NCBI GenBank assembly: GCA_947311465.1
Contig: CAMZLN010000114.1
Location: 1-41,474, forward strand
From: an uncultured Saprospiraceae bacterium
Lineage (GTDB): Bacteria > Bacteroidota > Bacteroidia > Chitinophagales > Saprospiraceae
Direction: 5' to 3'
Length of the DNA stretch: 41,474 bases
Positions 8,101 to 16,432 of the stretch are shown piece after piece. How positions within the stretch are numbered: the stretch's first letter is position 1; each line of letters starts with the position of its first letter. The translations under genes were made by a program, and so were the position numbers. The notes beneath the pieces are model-generated. The model made no database searches. It was not told the origin of the DNA and was given only the letters and a program-made list of their open reading frames with translations.

Positions 8101-10659
8101 ATGAAACTTAGAACAGTATTTTTTATTTTTTCAGTCCTATTAACTCTAAGAGTTAATGCTCAAGTAGTCATTTCTGAAATTATGTATAATAATCCAGGAG
8201 AAAATGACCTAGAATTTATTGAATTGTATAATGCCAATAACTTCGAATTAGATTTAAGTGGCTATTCATTATCTCAATCAGTAACCTTTTTTCTTGACGG
8301 TGTTATTATCCCTGCAAATGGATATATTATTGTTGCAAAAAATTCAAGTACTTTCCAAGATATATTTGGAATTTCTGCTTACCAGTGGGAGTCTGGATCA
8401 TTAGATAATACTTCAGGATTGATTCAAATGTTGGATGATTTTGGAGAAATTATTGACGAAGTATCCTATTCTAATAATAATCCATGGCCTATTCTTGCTA
8501 ATGGTTATGGTGCGTCTTTAGAACGTTGTCAAACGAATGAAAATGATGCTTCCAATTGGAGAGTTTCCACTACAGATAGTGGAAAAACTTATGGAAACAG
8601 ACCTCTATTCTCAAGCCCAGGACAAGGATCAGATTGCTCTGACAATGCAGTAATAGCACTTTTAAATGTAGATGAATCTATTTTAGAAAGTGGTACTAAA
8701 AAAACAGTTACTTTAATTGTAAATAATCCAGGTGCTGCAACGACGATTAACTTATCAACTGCAACACAATCTTCAGCGGATTCAAATGATTTTAATTTAA
8801 ATAGTACATTAGAAATTCCCGCTCAAACCAATGGGATTTTGACTTTTGACATCAATATCAGTGAAGATAATACTGAGGAAGCAGACGAAACAATCATAAT
8901 AAATTTAACTGATCCTAACGAACAAGCATTCTTCTATAATTCTTCTTATAAGTTAACAATTATTGATAACGATGCAGCGATTCGTTCTGATCTTATCTTA
9001 ACAGGAGTATATGACGCACAAACTTTAACAACTTATTCAGCAAAAGGAATTGAAATTTATGCAAAAGTCGATATTCCAGATTTGTCAAAATATGGAGTTG
9101 GATTTGCTGACAATGGAAATGGATCTCAAGGACAAGAATATCAATTTCCAAACGTAAGTCTTACTGAAGGACAATTTATCTATGTAACATTTGATAATAC
9201 AAAATTTAAATCATTCTTTGGTTTTGATGCTGATTTTGTAACAACAGAAGCAAATATTGATGGAAATGATGCCATCGAATTGTACGAAAGCGGTGTTATA
9301 ATTGATGTTTTCGGAGATGCGACAACAGATGGTACTGGAACTGCATGGGAATATCTAGATGGTTGGGCCTATAGAAAATCTGGAACAACAACTGAACCAG
9401 AGAGCCTATTTCAAATCAACAATTGGAATATAAGTGGTACAAATCAACTCAATGGTGCTGCAACTAATAGTGAAATGTCAAATCCTTTTCCTTTGAAAAC
9501 CTACTCTAAAACTGTTGCTGCCATATACAATGCGGTTGATGATTATGCAAATGCTGTATATAATTTCTATGTAACTATTAATGTACTTAATAATGACGAA
9601 AATGCAAATATTATAGAAAATGGAATGACAATATCAGTAGAACCAGAACATGGTACTGCTGTTGTAAATAATGATTTCACTATCACATATACTCCAGATA
9701 CAGACTACTGTGGAGAAGATACTTTTACCTACAAAGGTTGTGAAGTCAATGGTTGTAAGGAGGCCGTTGTTCATATCAACATTCAATGCCCAACTTATTA
9801 TCCAGAATTATTAATTGGTACTATCAAGCAGAATAATGAGAATGGAATTTCTATTTACAATGACTCTCTTTGTACTTTGACAGGTGTTGTCCATGGGGTA
9901 AACCTAAATTCTGAAGGACTTGATTTTACAATTATTGATGGAAATTATGGAATAAATGTTTTCAGTTCTAACGAAAAATTTAATTATACAGTAAAAGAAG
10001 GTGACAAGATTACAGTAAAAGGTAAAGTGGGACAATCTAAGGGATTGACAAAAATATATCCTTCTGAAATTCAAAAAAAGGAAACTGATAATGGATTAAT
10101 GATTCCAAGTGTAGTTACAGAAATAAATGAAGAGAAAGAGTCTGTGTTAATCAAATTAACAGATGTACACTTTGTGGATGCTAATCAATGGACTGGAAGT
10201 GGAAATATGTTTACAGTAGATGTTACAGATGGAACAAACACATATAAAATAAGAATTGATGACGATGTGGATTTATTCTCAATGAATATTCCAACAGGAA
10301 ATAATTTTACAATTGTCGGAATTGTAGGACAAGATGATGATAGTGCGCCTTATGAAGATGGGTACTATTTATCTCCTAGATACGTTGCTGACATTACTGC
10401 GATAGTAGGAACAGAACAACCTGATTTTGTTGCAGATTTAAATATTTTTCCAAATCCTGTAACGGATCTTTTAAATATTACTTCAAAAACTAAATTTGAT
10501 GCTATTAAGATTACTGACCTTTTGGGACAAGAGCTAATTCAAGTTCAAAATATAAATGAATCAACAGTAATTGATGTTTCAAATCTAAATACAGGTATCT
10601 ATTTTATCAAATTCCAGAAAGATAATACTTCATGGACTGAAAGAATTATAAAAAAATAA
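8101..10659 (+). CDS. Secreted multidomain protein: lamin-tail-domain (LTD) regions, Calx-beta-like domain, Ig/cadherin-like domain, OB-like domain, type-A T9SS C-terminal sorting domain
   Basis: 852-aa ORF. Signal peptide MKLRTVFFIFSVLLTLRVNAQ. LTD-like VVISEIMYNNPGENDLEFIELYN. Calx-beta-like segment ending EEADETIIINL...LTIIDND. C-terminus LNIFPNPVTDLLNI...GIYFIKF is typical of Por_Secre_tail sorting domains. Confidence 0.8.
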   Translation: MKLRTVFFIFSVLLTLRVNAQVVISEIMYNNPGENDLEFIELYNANNFELDLSGYSLSQSVTFFLDGVIIPANGYIIVAKNSSTFQDIFGISAYQWESGSLDNTSGLIQMLDDFGEIIDEVSYSNNNPWPILANGYGASLERCQTNENDASNWRVSTTDSGKTYGNRPLFSSPGQGSDCSDNAVIALLNVDESILESGTKKTVTLIVNNPGAATTINLSTATQSSADSNDFNLNSTLEIPAQTNGILTFDINISEDNTEEADETIIINLTDPNEQAFFYNSSYKLTIIDNDAAIRSDLILTGVYDAQTLTTYSAKGIEIYAKVDIPDLSKYGVGFADNGNGSQGQEYQFPNVSLTEGQFIYVTFDNTKFKSFFGFDADFVTTEANIDGNDAIELYESGVIIDVFGDATTDGTGTAWEYLDGWAYRKSGTTTEPESLFQINNWNISGTNQLNGAATNSEMSNPFPLKTYSKTVAAIYNAVDDYANAVYNFYVTINVLNNDENANIIENGMTISVEPEHGTAVVNNDFTITYTPDTDYCGEDTFTYKGCEVNGCKEAVVHINIQCPTYYPELLIGTIKQNNENGISIYNDSLCTLTGVVHGVNLNSEGLDFTIIDGNYGINVFSSNEKFNYTVKEGDKITVKGKVGQSKGLTKIYPSEIQKKETDNGLMIPSVVTEINEEKESVLIKLTDVHFVDANQWTGSGNMFTVDVTDGTNTYKIRIDDDVDLFSMNIPTGNNFTIVGIVGQDDDSAPYEDGYYLSPRYVADITAIVGTEQPDFVADLNIFPNPVTDLLNITSKTKFDAIKITDLLGQELIQVQNINESTVIDVSNLNTGIYFIKFQKDNTSWTERIIKK

Positions 10660-10679
10660 GACAAATTGAAATATTTAAA

Positions 10680-10714
10680 AGAGGCTATTTTGTATGAAAT
10701 AGTCTCTTTTTTTT
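10680..10714 (+). terminator. Rho-independent terminator after the LTD gene, probably bidirectional for the convergent speE-like gene
   Basis: Stem agaggctattt / aaatagtctct (11 bp with one G-U), loop tgtatg, then T7. It lies between the stop at 10657-10659 and the convergent stop at 10717-10719. The minus strand reads hairpin then UUUUAAAUAUUU. Confidence 0.7.
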
Positions 10715-10716
10715 GT

Positions 10717-12258
10717 CTAAAACAAATTCCAATTCCCCTCCTTATAATACTGATACAATTTAGGAGAAAATATCGTATTCACTTCTATTCCCGTTGTATC
10801 CACTAATGGTTTTCCAAATGATGAAATTTGCATCAATGCATCTTTATTTAACCATTTTAAATCTAAATCATCTAAAGAAACATCCAAAACCTGTTGTTTG
10901 AAAATCGGTTTTTTACATACCAAAATCCACCCCCACTCCCCTAGTGTCAAAATCTGATTATGTAATGTAAAAGTATATAAACCCGTAGATTTAATTGTTT
11001 TTTCAACACAATAAAACGCCTTAGTACCATAATAAGGACTACCTGCTTGAGTAACTAAAAATCCATCATGAGTCATCTTTTGGCTACACATCATATAAAA
11101 TTCCTTGGTGTACAATTTATTCAAATCAACATTGTTAGGATCAGGTAGATCAACAAATATTACATCGTAAAGTGTATTGGTTTGATCGACAAAAGTGAAG
11201 GCATCTTGAGCAATAGTTTTTACTTTTTTATTGTTCAATGCGTTTTCATTTAATTCAGTAAAAATGGGATTACTTTTCCCTAATTCAATCATTTCTGGAT
11301 CTAAATCTACCAAAGTTATTTGTGCAACGTCATCATATTTTAACAACTCTCGAACCAGACAACCATCCCCTCCACCCAATATCAATATATTGGTATGGTT
11401 GTGAGCCAATCCCATTATTGGATGTACCATAGGCTCATGATATAGATATTCATCAAAAGAAGATAATTGTTGATTTCCATTGATAAATAATGAAAAATAA
11501 TCCATCCATTTTGTAATAATTAATTTCTGATATTTTGTCTGTTTTGTAAAAATAATCTTATCCTTATATTTGGCTTGCTCTCCAAATCTAATAATTGGTT
11601 TTGCAAAGAAAATCCCAAAAATCAATGCAAGTGCCACAATTCCATAAGAGAATGATAAGATTTTTCGCCACCCGATAGATAAATAAGATTTTAATACACG
11701 AAACAGCCAAAATGAAACTACAAAATTTAAAAATCCCAATACAAATGGAGTATAGGTCAACCCCAAATAGGGCAAACCAATAAAGGCAAAAAACAACCCT
11801 CCAATCAATGATCCATAGTAATCCTTCTCAAGTATACTGGAAATATTGGTTTTCAATGACTCAAATTCATTGTTAATTCTTGTAGCCAAAGGAATTTCCA
11901 AACCAATTAAAACACCTATCAAAATAGACAAAAGATAAATAATAATCCAACTGTGTTTCGTAAATCCAAACACTAAATATGACATAATTGCGGAGAAAGA
12001 AACAAGAATTGATAAAACAAGTTCCGTCACAATAAAATAAGCAACAATATCTTTCTCAAATGATCTACTCAACCGACTCCCAAGCCCCATTGAAAATAGC
12101 ATAATGGATACAATTAATGTAAATTGTAATATTGCATTTCCAATAAAATATGATGCTAAGGTGGAAAGTACATATTCCGCTACTATTCCACTAATTCCTG
12201 TTGCAAATAAAGCAAATTTCAATACGTTTGAACTTCGCTTATTTTGTGTTTCTTTCAA
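10717..12258 (-). CDS. speE: Spermidine-synthase-like polyamine aminopropyltransferase fused to an N-terminal polytopic membrane domain
   Basis: 513 aa. Roughly the first 220 aa form about seven hydrophobic helices. The C-terminal half carries spermidine-synthase motifs ILILGGGDGCLVRELL and VIFVDLPDPN. Confidence 0.8.
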   Translation of the reverse strand: MKETQNKRSSNVLKFALFATGISGIVAEYVLSTLASYFIGNAILQFTLIVSIMLFSMGLGSRLSRSFEKDIVAYFIVTELVLSILVSFSAIMSYLVFGFTKHSWIIIYLLSILIGVLIGLEIPLATRINNEFESLKTNISSILEKDYYGSLIGGLFFAFIGLPYLGLTYTPFVLGFLNFVVSFWLFRVLKSYLSIGWRKILSFSYGIVALALIFGIFFAKPIIRFGEQAKYKDKIIFTKQTKYQKLIITKWMDYFSLFINGNQQLSSFDEYLYHEPMVHPIMGLAHNHTNILILGGGDGCLVRELLKYDDVAQITLVDLDPEMIELGKSNPIFTELNENALNNKKVKTIAQDAFTFVDQTNTLYDVIFVDLPDPNNVDLNKLYTKEFYMMCSQKMTHDGFLVTQAGSPYYGTKAFYCVEKTIKSTGLYTFTLHNQILTLGEWGWILVCKKPIFKQQVLDVSLDDLDLKWLNKDALMQISSFGKPLVDTTGIEVNTIFSPKLYQYYKEGNWNLF

Positions 12259-12284
12259 TTAATATAATTTATCAAAAACGTAAT

Positions 12285-13079
12285 TTATTTACCAAAACCA
12301 CCCGATCTACCTCTTGTACTTGACCCACCTTTATACCTAGAACTCGAGCCTGATCGTCTTGATCCAGCCCCAAATCTTCTTGACCCTGATCTTCGTGACC
12401 ATGTAGAACTCTTTTTCGCTCTCCTAGAATAAAAAGATGATCTGTTCTTTTTCTGATATGGACTTGATGTTCCATACGACCGACTTCCTGAACCATAATA
12501 TGCTGATCGCCCACGATAGGAACGTCCATAAGTGCGGTATGACCCATAATAAACTGGACGTGAAAACATCCAATAATAAAACAAGAAGCTTGACCCTGGG
12601 TGGTAATGCCATCTGCGCTCATATTGCTGATTTCCACTTGCATCTGTAGTCTTTGCACTTGTGGAGTCTACAACCCATTCCCCATACTTCTCATTACCAA
12701 TTGCCCAATCAAATCCAAATGGTTTTACAACCGTAGAAATAGGGCCATCAAATCTTGAAACCAATTCCATTCCAAGATCTTTTTCATGTTTTTCAAAAAA
12801 CCCTTTACTTACATTAACCCAATCAGTAGAATCCATCTTGATTTGGTCATCCGAAGGGTTAACAGTCAAATATTTGTGTTTGTAATAAACATGAGTTTCG
12901 TCTTCTGAAATATCCATATCATTTAAAACAATGGCAAAATTAGACGTATCTTGTTTTGCAATGATTGATAAAATTGGTTCTACAGGTACAGCGAATGGCT
13001 CCTTGTCACTACAGCCCATAAAGATAGATGCAAAAGCGAAAATCGACAATATGGCAAGGGAATTTATTTTTGAATACAT
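12285..13079 (-). CDS. Lipoprotein with an extremely basic Arg/Ser/Gly/Tyr low-complexity C-terminal tail
   Basis: 264 aa. Lipobox ASIFMGC. The last about 110 residues contain no Asp or Glu, with 19 Arg and 6 Lys, and end TRGRSGGFGK. It sits inside the polyamine-type operon, with 26-nt and 45-nt gaps to its neighbours. Confidence 0.75.
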   Translation of the reverse strand: MYSKINSLAILSIFAFASIFMGCSDKEPFAVPVEPILSIIAKQDTSNFAIVLNDMDISEDETHVYYKHKYLTVNPSDDQIKMDSTDWVNVSKGFFEKHEKDLGMELVSRFDGPISTVVKPFGFDWAIGNEKYGEWVVDSTSAKTTDASGNQQYERRWHYHPGSSFLFYYWMFSRPVYYGSYRTYGRSYRGRSAYYGSGSRSYGTSSPYQKKNRSSFYSRRAKKSSTWSRRSGSRRFGAGSRRSGSSSRYKGGSSTRGRSGGFGK

Positions 13080-13124
13080 TATTTTGGTTTTAATTTTCTG
13101 AAATCGTGAATAAAGATAACAATT

Positions 13125-13622
13125 TTATACAATATCATCTTCCATTCCTAAATTTGTTATTTCATCCATATTAATTTCATATCCTGCTGAAAAATCTATC
13201 GTATCATCCTCCCAAACAACGATATTGACAAAAAGATCATCATATAAATAGCTATAATTAGTGAATCTCATAGGTGCATCCAAACCAGAAATATCAACAA
13301 ATTCTCCTTCGTCTATATTTTCTAAAAAGTAATTTGTATCAGCGTAATACAATTCTGCTAAGACTTCTTCATCTTCTAAATCATCAATTGAAATACGTGG
13401 ATCAATATCTTCACCCGTAATATCTACACTAAAATTCAATGAATATTCATCATCATCTTCAATTTCTAAATAAGCATCTCCATCCTTTGAATTAATCTTG
13501 AATTCTACGGAAGTTTCGCCATCATCCCAATTATACTGACAGGCTTCTTTAACGGTCCATTTAGCTCCCTGCAATTCAAAAGTATCTCCTACCTTTAGAT
13601 TTAATAATTGTTCTATTTTCAT
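13125..13622 (-). CDS. Very acidic DUF4178-like protein
   Basis: 165 aa. The N-terminus LKVGDTFELQGAKWTVKEACQYNWDDGETSVEFKI fits the DUF4178 pattern as I remember it. The protein is rich in D/E. Its start overlaps the speD stop (ATGA at 13619-13622). Confidence 0.6.
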   Translation of the reverse strand: MKIEQLLNLKVGDTFELQGAKWTVKEACQYNWDDGETSVEFKINSKDGDAYLEIEDDDEYSLNFSVDITGEDIDPRISIDDLEDEEVLAELYYADTNYFLENIDEGEFVDISGLDAPMRFTNYSYLYDDLFVNIVVWEDDTIDFSAGYEINMDEITNLGMEDDIV

Positions 13623-13996
13623 TTCTTTTTTGTTTTTATGCGAGAAATGGTATTCAAAGATCCACGAGTTATTTCCTTAGTTTCTACTTGCTCTGCCTTG
13701 AATTTTTCTTTTAAAAATGCAATCCCCTTTGTGACATCATATTGTTCATTACAAGTAAAAAAATCAATGGCTACATAATTGTGTTCTGGCCATGTATGAA
13801 TCGCTACATGACTTTCTTCAATAACAACAACTCCGCTTACACCGATGGGAGAAAAATGATGAATGACACTGTTTACAACGGTCAATTGTATCAAATCCGT
13901 CAATTCCAACAGAATTTTTTCTACAATTTGTTCATCATCAATCAAATTTCGATCACAACCGTATAGCTCTACCATGGTTTGGTATCCTAAATGCAT
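13619..13996 (-). CDS. speD: S-adenosylmethionine decarboxylase proenzyme (pyruvoyl-dependent, small bacterial type)
   Basis: 125 aa. MVELYGCD start region. Self-cleavage site VVIEESHVAIHTWPE followed by FFTC, as in Bacillus-type SpeD/SpeH. Confidence 0.85.
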   Translation of the reverse strand: MHLGYQTMVELYGCDRNLIDDEQIVEKILLELTDLIQLTVVNSVIHHFSPIGVSGVVVIEESHVAIHTWPEHNYVAIDFFTCNEQYDVTKGIAFLKEKFKAEQVETKEITRGSLNTISRIKTKKK

Positions 13997-14077
13997 TTTG
14001 ATTATTTCAATATTTTGAAAATATTTGCAAGATAATGCTTTTCTATATTACTTTAGACAAAAAAACGAGATCTTCAT

Positions 14078-14127
14078 CCATAAAAATAGAAAAGCCACAA
14101 AATAATTAACAATTACTTTGTGGCTTT
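14078..14127 (-). terminator. Rho-independent terminator after the BlaR1-TonB gene
   Basis: 11-bp stem aaagccacaaa / tttgtggcttt at 14091-14101 and 14117-14127. On the minus strand it is followed by a U-rich tract, UCUAUUUUUAUGG. It lies about 30 nt downstream of the stop at 14158. Confidence 0.6.
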
Positions 14128-14157
14128 GGTTTATTTTTAAAATAAACTTAAACTATA

Positions 14158-15075
14158 CTATTGTTGCTTAACTCTACGTACTACCCTATGACCTGCCTTA
14201 TCACTTAATACAACGATTACTTCTTTGCTTTCACTCTTAGCCCAAAGAATTTCTTTAGAATTAGCACTGTATGATTTAAGATTTCCTTTTGTATCATAAA
14301 GTTGCATCATAAACTTTCTAGCTGTTGGATTTGAAAATCTTACTTCCAATTTATCATTTTTGAAATTCATTACAACGTTTTTAATTGCATTATTTAAGTC
14401 TTTTCTTTCTGTTTGAATATTGTCACCCAATACAAACTTAACAGGTAAATTAAATAATGTGGGCACACTCCTACCTTCATGTTCTGCGGGAATCCATTCA
14501 AAATCACTTCTTAAAAGAGCAACCAATACAGCAGAACCCATTCCGTACCCTGGATCTTCTAATATTTTATAATTAGCCTTCTTATTATTAATATTTATCC
14601 TGACTATAACTTCTCCCTCCTTTTTCTTCATAATTGCTTCTTCAGGATACTCAATATTCGTATATAAAGTCTTCAATAATCTTTGATTTGAACAATTACT
14701 CTGTTCTATCTCTTTTTCCAAATTCTGACATCCTTTTAAAATAGCAATATTATCTAAATCATGGTTTTCCCAGATGGTAAATTCGACTATTTCAACAGTT
14801 TCTTTAAAGGTTACTGGATCAAAAATTGTAATTGTATCAATACCAATTTTTGCTGCTACCGGTTTACCTTTTACAGATGTCTGAGCATCCAGTTCATCCC
14901 CAAACGTCACCAAAGCCAACAAAACTAGCAATGGTAAACTCCAAATATATCTAATTTTGGTCAACTGACTTGACCGTTTCTTTGTCATCATAATAATTCT
15001 TTTTTTAAGTTGTGAGTTAATAAATCCATTAGATAAGGCAGCATGATTTCCGGAAAGTGACTGCTTCATCAACAA
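14158..15075 (-). CDS. C-terminal part of a BlaR1/M56-TonB sensor (linker, TM segment, TonB_C-like domain, extra C-terminal domain); out of frame with the upstream part
   Basis: The ORF contains NGFINSQLKKRIIMMTKKRS followed by the TM segment IWSLPLLVLLALV, which normally sits in the middle of Bacteroidota M56-TonB proteins. TonB_C-like EYPEEAIMKKKEGEVIVRINI. It overlaps the upstream ORF at 15029-15075. Confidence 0.7.
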   Translation of the reverse strand: MLMKQSLSGNHAALSNGFINSQLKKRIIMMTKKRSSQLTKIRYIWSLPLLVLLALVTFGDELDAQTSVKGKPVAAKIGIDTITIFDPVTFKETVEIVEFTIWENHDLDNIAILKGCQNLEKEIEQSNCSNQRLLKTLYTNIEYPEEAIMKKKEGEVIVRININNKKANYKILEDPGYGMGSAVLVALLRSDFEWIPAEHEGRSVPTLFNLPVKFVLGDNIQTERKDLNNAIKNVVMNFKNDKLEVRFSNPTARKFMMQLYDTKGNLKSYSANSKEILWAKSESKEVIVVLSDKAGHRVVRRVKQQ

Positions 15076-15748
15076 TAGGCCATATTGTTTGGTATTTTTT
15101 TATATTCTTTACAGCATCATCTGCTTCATATTCATGTACTTCTTGCAATGCCTTTTGAAAAGCATACAAAAAAGGATTCCACCAAAAAAAAATTTTCAAA
15201 ATTTCAGTAAATAAGATATCCATAGAATGCCATTGCTTAGAATGGGTAGATTCATGGATATAAATTTGCTCCCACTCCTCCTGTGTAAGACCATCTTTTT
15301 GATAAATAAAAATGTAATTAAAAAAGGAGAAAGGACTCATTTCCTTATCTAAATGCACCAAGGTAAAATTGTTGATTTTTTCCTTTTTATTGCCATTGAT
15401 TAACCATATTATGCCTATCATTCCTTTCATAAACCGCATCGACATGAACACAACTCCCACCCAATATAAAATCAAAATCCAATTGTAGGATGTAATAGAT
15501 TCATTGGTTGATTCAAGTGCATTCATTTGGCTTGAAATGGTAATCGTTGGTAGTAAAATAGGTTCTATCACTATTTGATTTTGAATCAAATAAGGCTGAA
15601 TCAAAGGCACAATCAATCCAAGGCATAATGCACCCAACAAATAATATCGGTTGCTTTTGAAAAAAGTGACATTCCCAAGGAATAAATAATAAAAAGCAAT
15701 TAGAAAAAGCCAAATTATGGAGACTTGAAAAGGATACATACTAGTCAT
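15029..15748 (-). CDS. N-terminal part of a BlaR1-type M56 peptidase sensor (TM helices plus HExxH)
   Basis: 239 aa with several N-terminal TM helices. Zinc motif IHESTHSKQWH and downstream EYEADD. Its start overlaps the blaI-like stop by 8 nt. It ends prematurely just after an A7 tract. Confidence 0.75.
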   Translation of the reverse strand: MTSMYPFQVSIIWLFLIAFYYLFLGNVTFFKSNRYYLLGALCLGLIVPLIQPYLIQNQIVIEPILLPTITISSQMNALESTNESITSYNWILILYWVGVVFMSMRFMKGMIGIIWLINGNKKEKINNFTLVHLDKEMSPFSFFNYIFIYQKDGLTQEEWEQIYIHESTHSKQWHSMDILFTEILKIFFWWNPFLYAFQKALQEVHEYEADDAVKNIKKYQTIWPIVDEAVTFRKSCCLI

Positions 15749-16100
15749 GATTATCTAATTTTTTGATTAATTCTTCCAATTCTTTAGGTGATACAGCTTT
15801 GTCTTTCATTAAAAATGAAACTAAATTCTTAGCAGATCCTTGGAAATAATTTTTCACAATCTCCTTAATATTGCTCCCCGAATACGCTTCTTTCTCGATT
15901 GCAGGCATATATAAATAGGTACGTCCATACGCCTTATGCGTCAAAAAATCTTTTTTTTCTAGACTTCTAAATACAGAGGATATCGTACTATGGGGCGGCT
16001 TGGGATCATCCAAAGTAGCAATCAGTTCACTCACAGTACACGGCCCCATTTCCCAAATACGATTCATGATGTCTTCTTCAATTTCTGTTAATTTCTTCAT
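15741..16100 (-). CDS. BlaI/MecI/CopY-family winged-helix transcriptional repressor
   Basis: 119 aa. MKKLTEIEEDIMNRIWEMGPCTVSELI...HSTISSVFRSLEKKDFL is typical of the family. It is translationally coupled to the M56 sensor. Confidence 0.85.
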   Translation of the reverse strand: MKKLTEIEEDIMNRIWEMGPCTVSELIATLDDPKPPHSTISSVFRSLEKKDFLTHKAYGRTYLYMPAIEKEAYSGSNIKEIVKNYFQGSAKNLVSFLMKDKAVSPKELEELIKKLDNHD

Positions 16101-16432
16101 TCTTTATATTTTTAAATATGAACTATCCAACTCACCGAATCCAATCTTACATCAAATCCAGCGAGTATAAATCGTTTATCTATGATATCTCTCTTTATTT
16201 TTCAACGATTTGGATAGTTTAATATTGAACAATTTCGCTTTATAACGACAATATACGTTGAATTAATTTAATTTACAAGTTTTTATTCATTTTAACTTAA
16301 AAAACTAGCTAAATAAAAACTCACATATTTTAGTAACACGCATATTCATTCAGTTCTGCTTAGAAACTGTGACAAAATAAATAGAGATTCCTAAGTGGAT
16401 TTTTTTGTTTAAAAAATATCTACATTTGCTGC

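Noticed and set aside
12272-12885. Four overlapping ORFs (12272-12658 -, 12424-12612 -, 12437-12649 +, 12661-12885 +)
   Set aside because: All are alternative frames of the lipoprotein gene. They are kept open by the biased, locally GC-rich Arg/Ser/Gly codons. Only the 12285-13079 frame has a lipoprotein signal and operon-consistent spacing.
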